In this document: piece by piece, positions 1 to 6,215 of the stretch
Position numbering within the stretch: the stretch's first letter is position 1
Layout of the letters: each line of letters begins with the position of its first letter
Virus record (IMG/VR): IMGVR_UViG_3300045988_024297
Coordinates: 1-32,758 of that record
Source of the DNA: a virus
Direction: 5' to 3' (one strand)
Length of the DNA: 32,758 bases
Program-made: the position numbers and the translations under genes
Notes under the pieces: generated by a model
Told to the model about the DNA's origin: nothing
Seen by the model: only the letters and a program-made list of their open reading frames with translations
Databases searched by the model: none

Positions 1-55
1 ATGAAGCTTTTAAGCATCTCATGCAAAAGCAAGTCGGTACGTATCAGCGTTGCAA
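1..55. repeat. 55-bp terminal overlap, identical to 32704-32758 (circular-closure signature)
   Basis: Base-by-base comparison: ATGAAGCTTTTAAGCATCTCATGCAAAAGCAAGTCGGTACGTATCAGCGTTGCAA occurs at both window ends in the same orientation. Confidence 0.95.
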
Positions 56-296
56 TCTCTACGGCATCGTCTCGCATATAGGCTGATGTACCCATACAGC
101 GAATGACTACCGTGTAGGCGCTGCTGTTGGGTACGTTCGTGTCCGTGTAGCTTCCAGTCGTTACGTCAAGCGTAAAGAAGTCATCACTCAATTCGTTAGC
201 CGCTACGTTCTGTACGGCGGTATCTCCGAATATCAGCGTTTTGCCCAGTGCTGTAGCCCGGGCGTTCGCTGTGTTAATTATTGTTTCAAAAGTCAT
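1..296 (-). CDS. 5' part of a 134-aa wrap-around CDS (hypothetical virion/neck protein). It continues in phase at 32703 and stops at TGA 32595-32597.
   Basis: The ATG at 296-294 lies 2 nt after the TAG of the upstream gene, and the frame stays open to position 1. Because 32703 is divisible by 3, the frame continues across the junction. Hand translation: MTFETIINTANARATALGKTLIFGD...LKSFICGYEIGSLRIAKVQNQYDTIKSGWEATFDAYKYGA*. The ORF track misses it because the window cuts it. Confidence 0.55.
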   Translation of the reverse strand, partial: MTFETIINTANARATALGKTLIFGDTAVQNVAANELSDDFFTLDVTTGSYTDTNVPNSSAYTVVIRCMGTSAYMRDDAVEIATLIRTDLLLHEMLKSF

Positions 297-298
297 AA

Positions 299-910
299 CT
301 ATCTGTTTTTCATTTGTTGTTTCTTCATCTCTCGCTTCTCCTTCTCTATCTCGTCGTTACGTTTGGCGATAGCCAGCATAGCGTCCGAGTAGTTGATTTG
401 CTTCGCGTCCTCAAAGCTACAGTGGAATAGCTCGGCGGTAATCTGCACAAGCCCGAGAAGGTTCTTTGCTTGTTTAATCGTCTCGTCACCCGTCAACGCG
501 CTTTCACCGCCTTGCTTCATATTCTGAAACACGATTTGTTCGAGACCGTCGGCAATCTCCATCTGTGACACGATGAACTTATCGAGCTTCGCAGCGTCGA
601 GAATCGTTTCCGCTTCGTAGTTGTCATCAGTCCATGCCTTTATACGTCCGTTTGCGTCCTCTGCACGGCGCGTTTCAAGCATAGACCATAGAGTTATGCC
701 TTCAACGTCCCTAAGTCTGTACACGGCTTTCCCATTGCGCGTAGCAACTTGTGAGGGCTTGCAGTATTTAATCATATCCTTTAGCAACTTCTCCTCGTCC
801 TTGGTTATGCGTACCGTGCCGTTTGCTGGTAGGTTAGCAACTCGTAATAAAACCTTTCGGTTGTTAATCGCTGTTATGCGATATATCCATTTCAATATAA
901 ATTTCTTCAT
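299..910 (-). CDS. hypothetical protein, 203 aa, immediately downstream of terL
   Basis: Long ORF whose ATG shares 1 nt with the terL stop (TAATG). K/E-rich C-terminus. No motif recognised. Confidence 0.6.
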   Translation of the reverse strand: MKKFILKWIYRITAINNRKVLLRVANLPANGTVRITKDEEKLLKDMIKYCKPSQVATRNGKAVYRLRDVEGITLWSMLETRRAEDANGRIKAWTDDNYEAETILDAAKLDKFIVSQMEIADGLEQIVFQNMKQGGESALTGDETIKQAKNLLGLVQITAELFHCSFEDAKQINYSDAMLAIAKRNDEIEKEKREMKKQQMKNR

Positions 911-2055
911 TATTTGGGTCTGTATTTACGTATCAAGAAGTCCACACCGTAACGGAGCGCATCGAGTGCGTGGTTCCACGCGTCTATGGCTTCGTTGGTG
1001 TATGTGTCCGATACTTCGTCCTTAATCCATTTGTAGTTATCCAGCTCGTCAAGTAGCTTAACGGAACGCTTTGTTACGTGCAACTTGAACTGCTTCACCT
1101 GGGCAATACCAGCCGCCACAGAGCCTCGCCCCTTGACACACGGTATCGCTTTGATACGTTTTTGCTGTAGCTCCACAATACTCTTTTGCTCCGCACTGTC
1201 ACACACCGTTATCACGCGGTTCAGTGCATTGGCGTTCAAGTAGTCCGCTATATGGCTGTTAAGCAAGCCTTGTTCATAACAAAGCAGGTCTACGTATAAG
1301 TCCCAGCCCTCCATGCGTATGTCGACAATCGCGGTGGGGTCATTAACGAAACCAAAGTCAAGCCCCAGGCATCTGCCCGTGTAGGTTTCCGGCATATCGT
1401 CGATTACTTCGTACTCGGGGTAGACGTTACCCTCTACGCCGCCCGTCAAGCCCTCACCATACACGCGCCACCAATTGGCATCGTCCTTGTTCTTCTCGAT
1501 GGCTGCAACCTGCTCGGGGGTCAAGTACGGGTTATCCTTGTACGTCGAATGTATGGTAACGTATCTGTCACCTACGAACTCGGTCTCACCCCAAAACTTA
1601 CGTACCGGGTTGTAGTCGATGATAACCTTTTTACGGGTACGGATATCAAGTTGCCTAAAGATTTCACGCGGTATGCTTTGTGCCTCGTTGACGAAAAGTA
1701 TATCACGTGCAGGGCCGTGCACCTTCCCAGCGTTATCGCATGAGAAGAACTCTATTATCGTGCCGTTCGGGTATTCGTACGTACTTTCCGTCTTGTTGAA
1801 ACGGTTCTCCTCCCAATACCCCTCTGCTGCCACCATCGCTTTAAAGTCTCGGAGCATACCACGCTTAACCATTGGGAACGTAGCCGCTACGCACGAGATA
1901 ACGAGCGGTTGGGGGTTGTTCAATGCAAGTATGTGCAACATCTGTAGGGTTGCCCACGTCTTACCGCTACGCGTACCACCTTTAGAGGCTACACCGCGTA
2001 TCTTCGGGTCTACGAAAGCCGCCAATATCTTTTCAAAAGTAAATGTAACGTTCAT
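910..2055 (-). CDS. terL: terminase large subunit (PBSX/Terminase_3-like)
   Basis: Walker A KGGTRSGKT near the N-terminus, LFVNEAQ Walker-B-like segment, and a C-terminal nuclease-like region with LGLDFGF...DPTA and DSAE. Size and position after the small subunit fit. Confidence 0.88.
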   Translation of the reverse strand: MNVTFTFEKILAAFVDPKIRGVASKGGTRSGKTWATLQMLHILALNNPQPLVISCVAATFPMVKRGMLRDFKAMVAAEGYWEENRFNKTESTYEYPNGTIIEFFSCDNAGKVHGPARDILFVNEAQSIPREIFRQLDIRTRKKVIIDYNPVRKFWGETEFVGDRYVTIHSTYKDNPYLTPEQVAAIEKNKDDANWWRVYGEGLTGGVEGNVYPEYEVIDDMPETYTGRCLGLDFGFVNDPTAIVDIRMEGWDLYVDLLCYEQGLLNSHIADYLNANALNRVITVCDSAEQKSIVELQQKRIKAIPCVKGRGSVAAGIAQVKQFKLHVTKRSVKLLDELDNYKWIKDEVSDTYTNEAIDAWNHALDALRYGVDFLIRKYRPK

Positions 2056-2058
2056 GCT

Positions 2059-2685
2059 CTAAATGCCTCCTAGCTTCTGTAGGTTCTTAACCGCATCCTC
2101 GGAAAGCACGTTAACCTGCATAGCCTTCGTGCCCGCCTCCTTGCCGTTGCTTGTAACGTCCTTAAGGTCTCGTAGTCCTCTAAGCTTTGCCATGTAATTG
2201 GCATCAACCACCCCAGCAAGAGCGCTTTCGTCCATATCGGTCGCAATGAGTTCGGCGATAAGGGCGTACCCGGTCAATAGGTTGGCCGCGTCCCCGTTCC
2301 CATCCTCAGCCAGCTTTTCAAGCCGTGCGCCGTTCTTCTTGAACGCTTGCAAAGTCCACCCGATGAAAAGGCAGAAGCCGCCAAGCGATGGCGCGCGCTT
2401 CTTTTCTATAGGTACTTTCTGACCTGCTGCGTTTCCACCCTTTAGGACTTCATACGTGATGAACGGGTTTCGCGCGCAAAAGTTCATGTACTCGGCTACG
2501 TAATCTACGCACTCCTCTACGGTAGACAACGTTGCGCCTTTACAACCGCGCGTCTGCACGACTTCATAAAGTTCTTTGCATGCCTTCAAATCTGTTTTGG
2601 GGGCGGGGGCTTTGCCCGTCGCTTGTCCCTTGGTAATTGCCGCTTTTGTATCCGGGGCGGCTTCCTTCTTTGCTCTTCCTGCCAT
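2059..2685 (-). CDS. terS: terminase small subunit (putative)
   Basis: First gene of the late block, 3 nt upstream of terL. K/A-rich N-terminal tail and a PSLGGFCLFIGWT helix-turn-helix-like segment, as seen in small terminases. Confidence 0.6.
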   Translation of the reverse strand: MAGRAKKEAAPDTKAAITKGQATGKAPAPKTDLKACKELYEVVQTRGCKGATLSTVEECVDYVAEYMNFCARNPFITYEVLKGGNAAGQKVPIEKKRAPSLGGFCLFIGWTLQAFKKNGARLEKLAEDGNGDAANLLTGYALIAELIATDMDESALAGVVDANYMAKLRGLRDLKDVTSNGKEAGTKAMQVNVLSEDAVKNLQKLGGI

Positions 2686-2706
2686 ATTTTTGTTATTTGG
2701 TATTTA

Positions 2707-2806
2707 AGGTATCGTACGTGTGTGCTCGCGGTCTCTTAAAGAGACGCGCGAGTAGTATTCGGACTATCCCGGTATTGGGACGGCTCGGGCTTCACGGACG
2801 ATACCT
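2707..2806 (-). other. GC-rich structured leader between the putative late promoter and terS
   Basis: A 9-bp closing helix (2707-2715 / 2798-2806, AGGTATCGT/ACGATACCT) encloses an 11-bp hairpin with a 1-nt bulge (2725-2735 / 2741-2752) and a weaker TCCC/GGGA hairpin (2767-2780). Confidence 0.4.
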
Positions 2807-2839
2807 CGTAGTTCGTATTAACTGTTTTCAACCATGGCA

Positions 2840-2847
2840 CAAAGGTA
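2840..2847 (-). promoter_or_regulatory. putative late-operon -7 box TACCTTTG
   Basis: Plus-strand CAAAGGTA is TACCTTTG on the coding strand, the only TAnnTTTG match in the 660-bp gap upstream of terS. TTGG lies 19 nt upstream. Confidence 0.4.
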
Positions 2848-2980
2848 GGCAACAAATCGCGCCGGACCAACCTACGGTCAGTTAGGCCTTTTCTACAAAT
2901 AAAGTTTACAAATGAATTATATTTACATGGTTTTGGGCGTGAGCACGCTAACAACCTATCTTACTGAACGTTACAAGCAC

Positions 2981-3190
2981 TTACACAGACACACACTTTT
3001 TTTTCTAAACTTTAATATAGAGAATAGTATATTTTATACCCTCCGAAATACGCTTTTCTCCAGAATAATGTTTTAACCCCTTTTTATCTGTGTATCTGTG
3101 TAATTACATATAATATATTATGATATAAGGAGTTAGAGTGTACAAAAAACGACACAGTAGTGATTTTTTACTGTGTAACTGTGGTTAAAT
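2981..3190. repeat. composite non-coding element, copy A (partner at 19089-19312)
   Basis: The core 3054-3150 matches 19178-19273 with 2 substitutions and 1 indel over 97 nt. Tandem TCTGTGTA at 3087-3102, inverted copy at 2981-2996, AT palindrome at 3110-3121, hairpin at 3152-3176. Confidence 0.9.
3143..3176 (-). terminator. rho-independent terminator T2(A), part of the repeated element
   Basis: Minus strand reads ACACAGTA-aaaaatcac-TACTGTGT followed by CGTTTTTTG. Confidence 0.6.
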
Positions 3191-3221
3191 TCTGTTAATT
3201 TTTGAAGCTCTTTTTTCTGTT

Positions 3222-3267
3222 TATAAACAAAAGCCCAAATCTGACATTTTGTAATCAGATTTGGGCT
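3222..3267 (-). terminator. rho-independent terminator T1(A) ending the early block
   Basis: Perfect 13-bp stem AGCCCAAATCTGA/TCAGATTTGGGCT with a 10-nt loop, followed on the minus strand by TTTGTTTAT. Confidence 0.8.
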
Positions 3268-3286
3268 AATCGCTATCACTTGACTT

Positions 3287-3346
3287 GACACGTCCTTCAA
3301 GGGCGCTGACATTTGGTTCGACACGTCCTTTGAAGGTGCTTACATT
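3287..3346. repeat. two 27-bp imperfect direct repeats (period 33 bp)
   Basis: GACACGTCCTTCAAGGGCGCTGACATT (3287-3313) versus GACACGTCCTTTGAAGGTGCTTACATT (3320-3346), 22/27 identical. Each holds a CCTT..AAGG mini-palindrome. The second overlaps the stop of the 131-aa gene. Confidence 0.7.
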
Positions 3347-3740
3347 ATGTCAATTTCCACCCGAGCGAATCCCGATGCCAGTACCACGTCTGGACTGTTC
3401 CGTCCTTGAACGTGGATACCCTTTTTATCCTTCCTTCCGGGTCTATTCCGTAGGTTCTTGATATGTCCTGCTCGTTTCTTTTCTCCTCGGCTAACCGGGC
3501 TTCGTCTCTGATAAGATACTGCCTTTTATTAAAGGGCTGTTTATACGTGAAGTCCTGGGCGGCTACATACTTTGCCAGCCTATCAATCCAACCGTTGCAA
3601 AGATTGGCCTCCACATAACCGCGCCCGTACTTATCCTTTGCTACCCCGGCGGTATAACCGTATCTCCGTATGAACTCCCATATGATGAATACGTGGCAGT
3701 TGAGGCATACCGCCATATCCATAAAACTAACTTTCCTCAT
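3345..3740 (-). CDS. hypothetical protein, 131 aa (last gene of the early block)
   Basis: ATG-initiated ORF overlapping the upstream gene by 14 nt and followed by tandem terminators. Confidence 0.6.
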   Translation of the reverse strand: MRKVSFMDMAVCLNCHVFIIWEFIRRYGYTAGVAKDKYGRGYVEANLCNGWIDRLAKYVAAQDFTYKQPFNKRQYLIRDEARLAEEKRNEQDISRTYGIDPEGRIKRVSTFKDGTVQTWYWHRDSLGWKLT

Positions 3741-4038
3741 GCACGATGTTTTTAAGCTTTATATACTTGTAATATGCCCCGGCTCGTGGCTTCTCCACAA
3801 ACACGTCACAGCCACAAGGGCTCTTTAAGTCTTCGGGCAGGCTCCACGCGCGCACCTCGTCCGCTACGCTTTCGTGCACTTCGGCTATAATTACATCTCT
3901 AATTGCAGGACGTCCCACCGCCCTAATTGTGGTGTAGCCCACTATTCTGATACCGATAAGGTATTCCACTTCGTCGACCCTTGCGGCTGTCCTATCGCCC
4001 CATTTAAGCTTATGGGGGAGCTTTGGTTCTTTATTCAT
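3727..4038 (-). CDS. hypothetical protein, 103 aa
   Basis: ATG ORF with an A-rich leader, in series with its neighbours. Confidence 0.6.
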   Translation of the reverse strand: MNKEPKLPHKLKWGDRTAARVDEVEYLIGIRIVGYTTIRAVGRPAIRDVIIAEVHESVADEVRAWSLPEDLKSPCGCDVFVEKPRAGAYYKYIKLKNIVHEES

Positions 4039-4069
4039 TTTCTTATTCTTGTTTTAGTTAAACACTCCA

Positions 4070-4183
4070 TTACTCGTCGTACTCCCCATCTATATTACGG
4101 GCTGCGAATTTAGCCACAAGCCATAAGCCAGTTACCAAACCCGCCCCTATTGCTATTCCAAATAAACACATTAATGCTTCCAT
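4070..4183 (-). CDS. micro-ORF, 37 aa, single-pass membrane peptide (not in ORF track)
   Basis: Hand translation: MEALMCLFGIAIGAGLVTGLWLVAKFAARNIDGEYDE*. The ATG lies 5 nt after the stop of the upstream gene. Hydrophobic core followed by a charged tail. Confidence 0.4.
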   Translation of the reverse strand: MEALMCLFGIAIGAGLVTGLWLVAKFAARNIDGEYDE

Positions 4184-4188
4184 ACATT

Positions 4189-4455
4189 TTAAATTTTTGA
4201 TGATACATTTTCCAAACCGTCTCCTATACTAACAAGCTTCATACCTTCGTGCTTACCACGGATATAGGCGGCTTGTACATTGCCGTGCTCGTCCGTAGAG
4301 AACTGGATACCCCGCACGCCTTCGTGCTCCTTGATAAGCTCGCCTATCGTCTTATGCTTCGGGGCTTCCTCTTCTACCAGCTTTTCCAGCTTTTCCGGCT
4401 CTACCAGCGTCCCGGCGTTGCAGTATACATACGACATGAACTCATCGTCAGACAC
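4189..4455 (-). CDS. hypothetical protein, 88 aa (GTG start; an ATG alternative lies 6 codons in)
   Basis: ORF track entry. It is in frame with the upstream 45-aa ORF, separated from it only by TGA 4483-4485 and 9 sense codons. Confidence 0.55.
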   Translation of the reverse strand: MSDDEFMSYVYCNAGTLVEPEKLEKLVEEEAPKHKTIGELIKEHEGVRGIQFSTDEHGNVQAAYIRGKHEGMKLVSIGDGLENVSSKI

Positions 4456-4482
4456 GCCTATATCGTTAGCTCCCCAGGTCTG

Positions 4483-4620
4483 TCAGCCGTCCCCGTGGTC
4501 TACGCCCAGTATAACCCCGTGTATGTCGTTCCAACCGACTACCACACCAGCATACTCACCGTTCTTGTTGAATACCGCACGCCCTGCGTACAGCATCGCG
4601 AAATCTCTGTTTCTAATCAT
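4483..4620 (-). CDS. micro-ORF, 45 aa, ending at an in-frame TGA
   Basis: The ATG at 4620 sits behind a conserved promoter and leader (TTTAAAAACAGAAGATTATG). Translation: MIRNRDFAMLYAGRAVFNKNGEYAGVVVGWNDIHGVILGVDHGDG*. Confidence 0.45.
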   Translation of the reverse strand: MIRNRDFAMLYAGRAVFNKNGEYAGVVVGWNDIHGVILGVDHGDG

Positions 4621-4646
4621 AATCTTCTGTTTTTAAATTGCTAATA

Positions 4647-4688
4647 CAAATATAACGCTTTTCCCGTTATGTTGGTTCTTTCGTTAAC
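4647..4688 (-). promoter_or_regulatory. early promoter, conserved class (copy a)
   Basis: Coding strand: GTTAAC-gaaaga-ACCAAC-ataa-N12-TATATTTG, with exactly 28 nt between GTTAAC and the -7 box. Confidence 0.65.
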
Positions 4689-4689
4689 A

Positions 4690-4830
4690 TCATTTAAGTA
4701 TTAAACTATCCTTCAGTGATAGCCCGTACTCTAACTGCTGTAGCTTGAAATTACGTTGTATGCTGTCCGCGGCGTTCTGTACTACGGTGCAGCCTACCAA
4801 TAGGAGTAGGACTGCTATTAACTTTTTCAT
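4690..4830 (-). CDS. micro-ORF, 46 aa, predicted lipoprotein (not in ORF track)
   Basis: The ATG overlaps the SNF2 stop (ATGA). Translation: MKKLIAVLLLLVGCTVVQNAADSIQRNFKLQQLEYGLSLKDSLILK*, with a signal peptide and an LVGC lipobox. Confidence 0.5.
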   Translation of the reverse strand: MKKLIAVLLLLVGCTVVQNAADSIQRNFKLQQLEYGLSLKDSLILK

Positions 4831-6215
4831 TTCTTACTGTAAAATTCCATAAGTTCTTTAATACTCTGCATAAGCCCGTCCTGCGTCTGTTTCTTGCCGT
4901 CCAGGGCTTTTATTATCTTCTCGTCTATTGTATTCTTTGCAATGATGTGATGAATCATAACGGGCTTCATTTGTCCCTGGCGGTACAACCGGGCGTTGAA
5001 TTGCTGATACAGTTCAAGAGACCACGTCATACCGAACCATACGAGTATATGTCCGCCCTTCTGAATATTGATACCATGCCCTATGCTTGCCGGGTGCGCT
5101 ACCATAAGAGGCGCTTTACCTTCGTTCCAGTCTGCTATGTCCTGGGCGGTTTCCAGTTTACGCGGTTTGAACTCCTTAAGGGCTTCCATTATACGGGCTT
5201 GTTCATGCTTGAAGGCGTACGCTACAAGAACGGGCTCGCCGTTGGAAGCTTCTACTATTTCCTTTAGCTTCTCTATCTTTTCATCGTGAACGTCGATAAT
5301 CTTTCTATCCGAGTCGTACACCCGGCCACCTGCCATTTGCTGTAGTTTGTTACCCAGGGCGGCAGCACTCGCGGCGGTTAATGGCTCGTCTGAATTGATA
5401 AGTTCTAATACTTGTTCCTTCTCAAACTCCTTATATTGCGCCAGCACTTTAGGGGGCAATTCTACATAATCGTATATGGACATTCTATCGGGCATTTTTA
5501 GGTAGTCCTCTGCTTTCATGGATATTGTTATATCACTAATGAGGTCGCTTATCTGCTTCTCTGTTTCCTCCTGCGGGCTTTTCAGTGCATAACTGTACAC
5601 TATATCTCCGTTCCGTTTATCGGGTCTAAAAAACCTATCTCTGTATGCTGTGATTGATTTACCGAGCCTTACCCCTTGGTCTATCAAATACATTTGTGCG
5701 AATAGGTCTATTAGCCCATTAGGCGATGGCGTACCCGTCAAGCCTACAACGCGCGGTATGAATTTGCGGACTTTACGAAGCGCGCGGAAACGTTTGGAAG
5801 AACTATTTTTAAAACTCGTCAACTCGTCGATAACTACCATATCGTAGGGAAGCTTTACGCCTCCCAGCTCCGTTACCAACCAAACAATGTTATCGCGCCC
5901 TATGGTGTATATGTCGGCCTTCTTCTCCATCGCTTCTCGGCGTTCTTTCACTGTCCCGGCTATCACCGATATAGTGAGACCATTTAAGTGCTCCCAGTTG
6001 GCTATCTCATCTTTCCAAGTAACCTCGGCAACCCGTTTGGGGGCAATGATGAGAACGTTTGATATGATACAGCTATCTATCAGTTCTTTTATCGCTGTTA
6101 ACGTTGTTGCCGATTTACCCATACCGCAGTCGAGGAACAGAGCCGCACAATCATTTTCTATTATATGGCTTACACCCCTTACTTGGTAGTCATGTAAATT
6201 ATCTCTTTTTAACAT
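4827..6215 (-). CDS. SNF2/DEAD-like helicase
   Basis: Motif I GMGKSAT, motif II VVIDELTSF, a C-terminal helicase domain (RLYRQGQ), and the DYQ motif at the N-terminus. Confidence 0.88.
   Translation of the reverse strand: MLKRDNLHDYQVRGVSHIIENDCAALFLDCGMGKSATTLTAIKELIDSCIISNVLIIAPKRVAEVTWKDEIANWEHLNGLTISVIAGTVKERREAMEKKADIYTIGRDNIVWLVTELGGVKLPYDMVVIDELTSFKNSSSKRFRALRKVRKFIPRVVGLTGTPSPNGLIDLFAQMYLIDQGVRLGKSITAYRDRFFRPDKRNGDIVYSYALKSPQEETEKQISDLISDITISMKAEDYLKMPDRMSIYDYVELPPKVLAQYKEFEKEQVLELINSDEPLTAASAAALGNKLQQMAGGRVYDSDRKIIDVHDEKIEKLKEIVEASNGEPVLVAYAFKHEQARIMEALKEFKPRKLETAQDIADWNEGKAPLMVAHPASIGHGINIQKGGHILVWFGMTWSLELYQQFNARLYRQGQMKPVMIHHIIAKNTIDEKIIKALDGKKQTQDGLMQSIKELMEFYSKK

Noticed and set aside
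2707-2806. A possible tRNA or tmRNA-like gene in the structured region upstream of terS.
   Set aside because: About 100 nt lie between the closing-helix strands, the central hairpin has 11 bp, and there is no T-loop (GTTCRANNC) or D-loop signature on either strand.
2981-3103. The inverted TACACAGA repeats as terminal inverted repeats of a MITE-like mobile element present in two copies.
   Set aside because: The near-identical sequence extends about 85 bp beyond the right-hand inverted repeat. The interior between the repeats is the most diverged part. No target-site duplication is visible and no transposase is present.
3138-3188. A 16-codon plus-strand ORF (GTG start) preceded by AAGGAG is present in both copies of the composite element (also at 19262-19312). 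The products are MYKKRHSSDFLLCNCG and MYKNLHSRDFLLCSCG.
   Set aside because: Four of the five codon differences are non-synonymous. The ORF coincides with a hairpin whose differences are compensatory at the RNA/DNA level. The other genes here use SD-less A-rich leaders and lie on the opposite strand. The conservation is better explained by the stem and flanking DNA motifs.
2736-3324. Minus-strand ORFs in the track at 2736-2954 (72 aa, TTG start) and 3133-3324 (63 aa), plus the plus-strand ORF at 2637-2885.
   Set aside because: They run through terminator hairpins, the repeated element, or the promoter and structured leader. Their composition is Cys/Arg-rich or otherwise odd, and they lack the conserved leader.
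4483-4485. Genome-wide reassignment of TGA, suggested by the in-frame TGA.
   Set aside because: TGA terminates at least eight well-supported genes (for example stops at 4827, 7668, 9700, 20908, 21302 and 31740). Many of these are in ATGA/GTGA overlaps or are immediately backed by TAA/TAG. The standard code fits all long ORFs.
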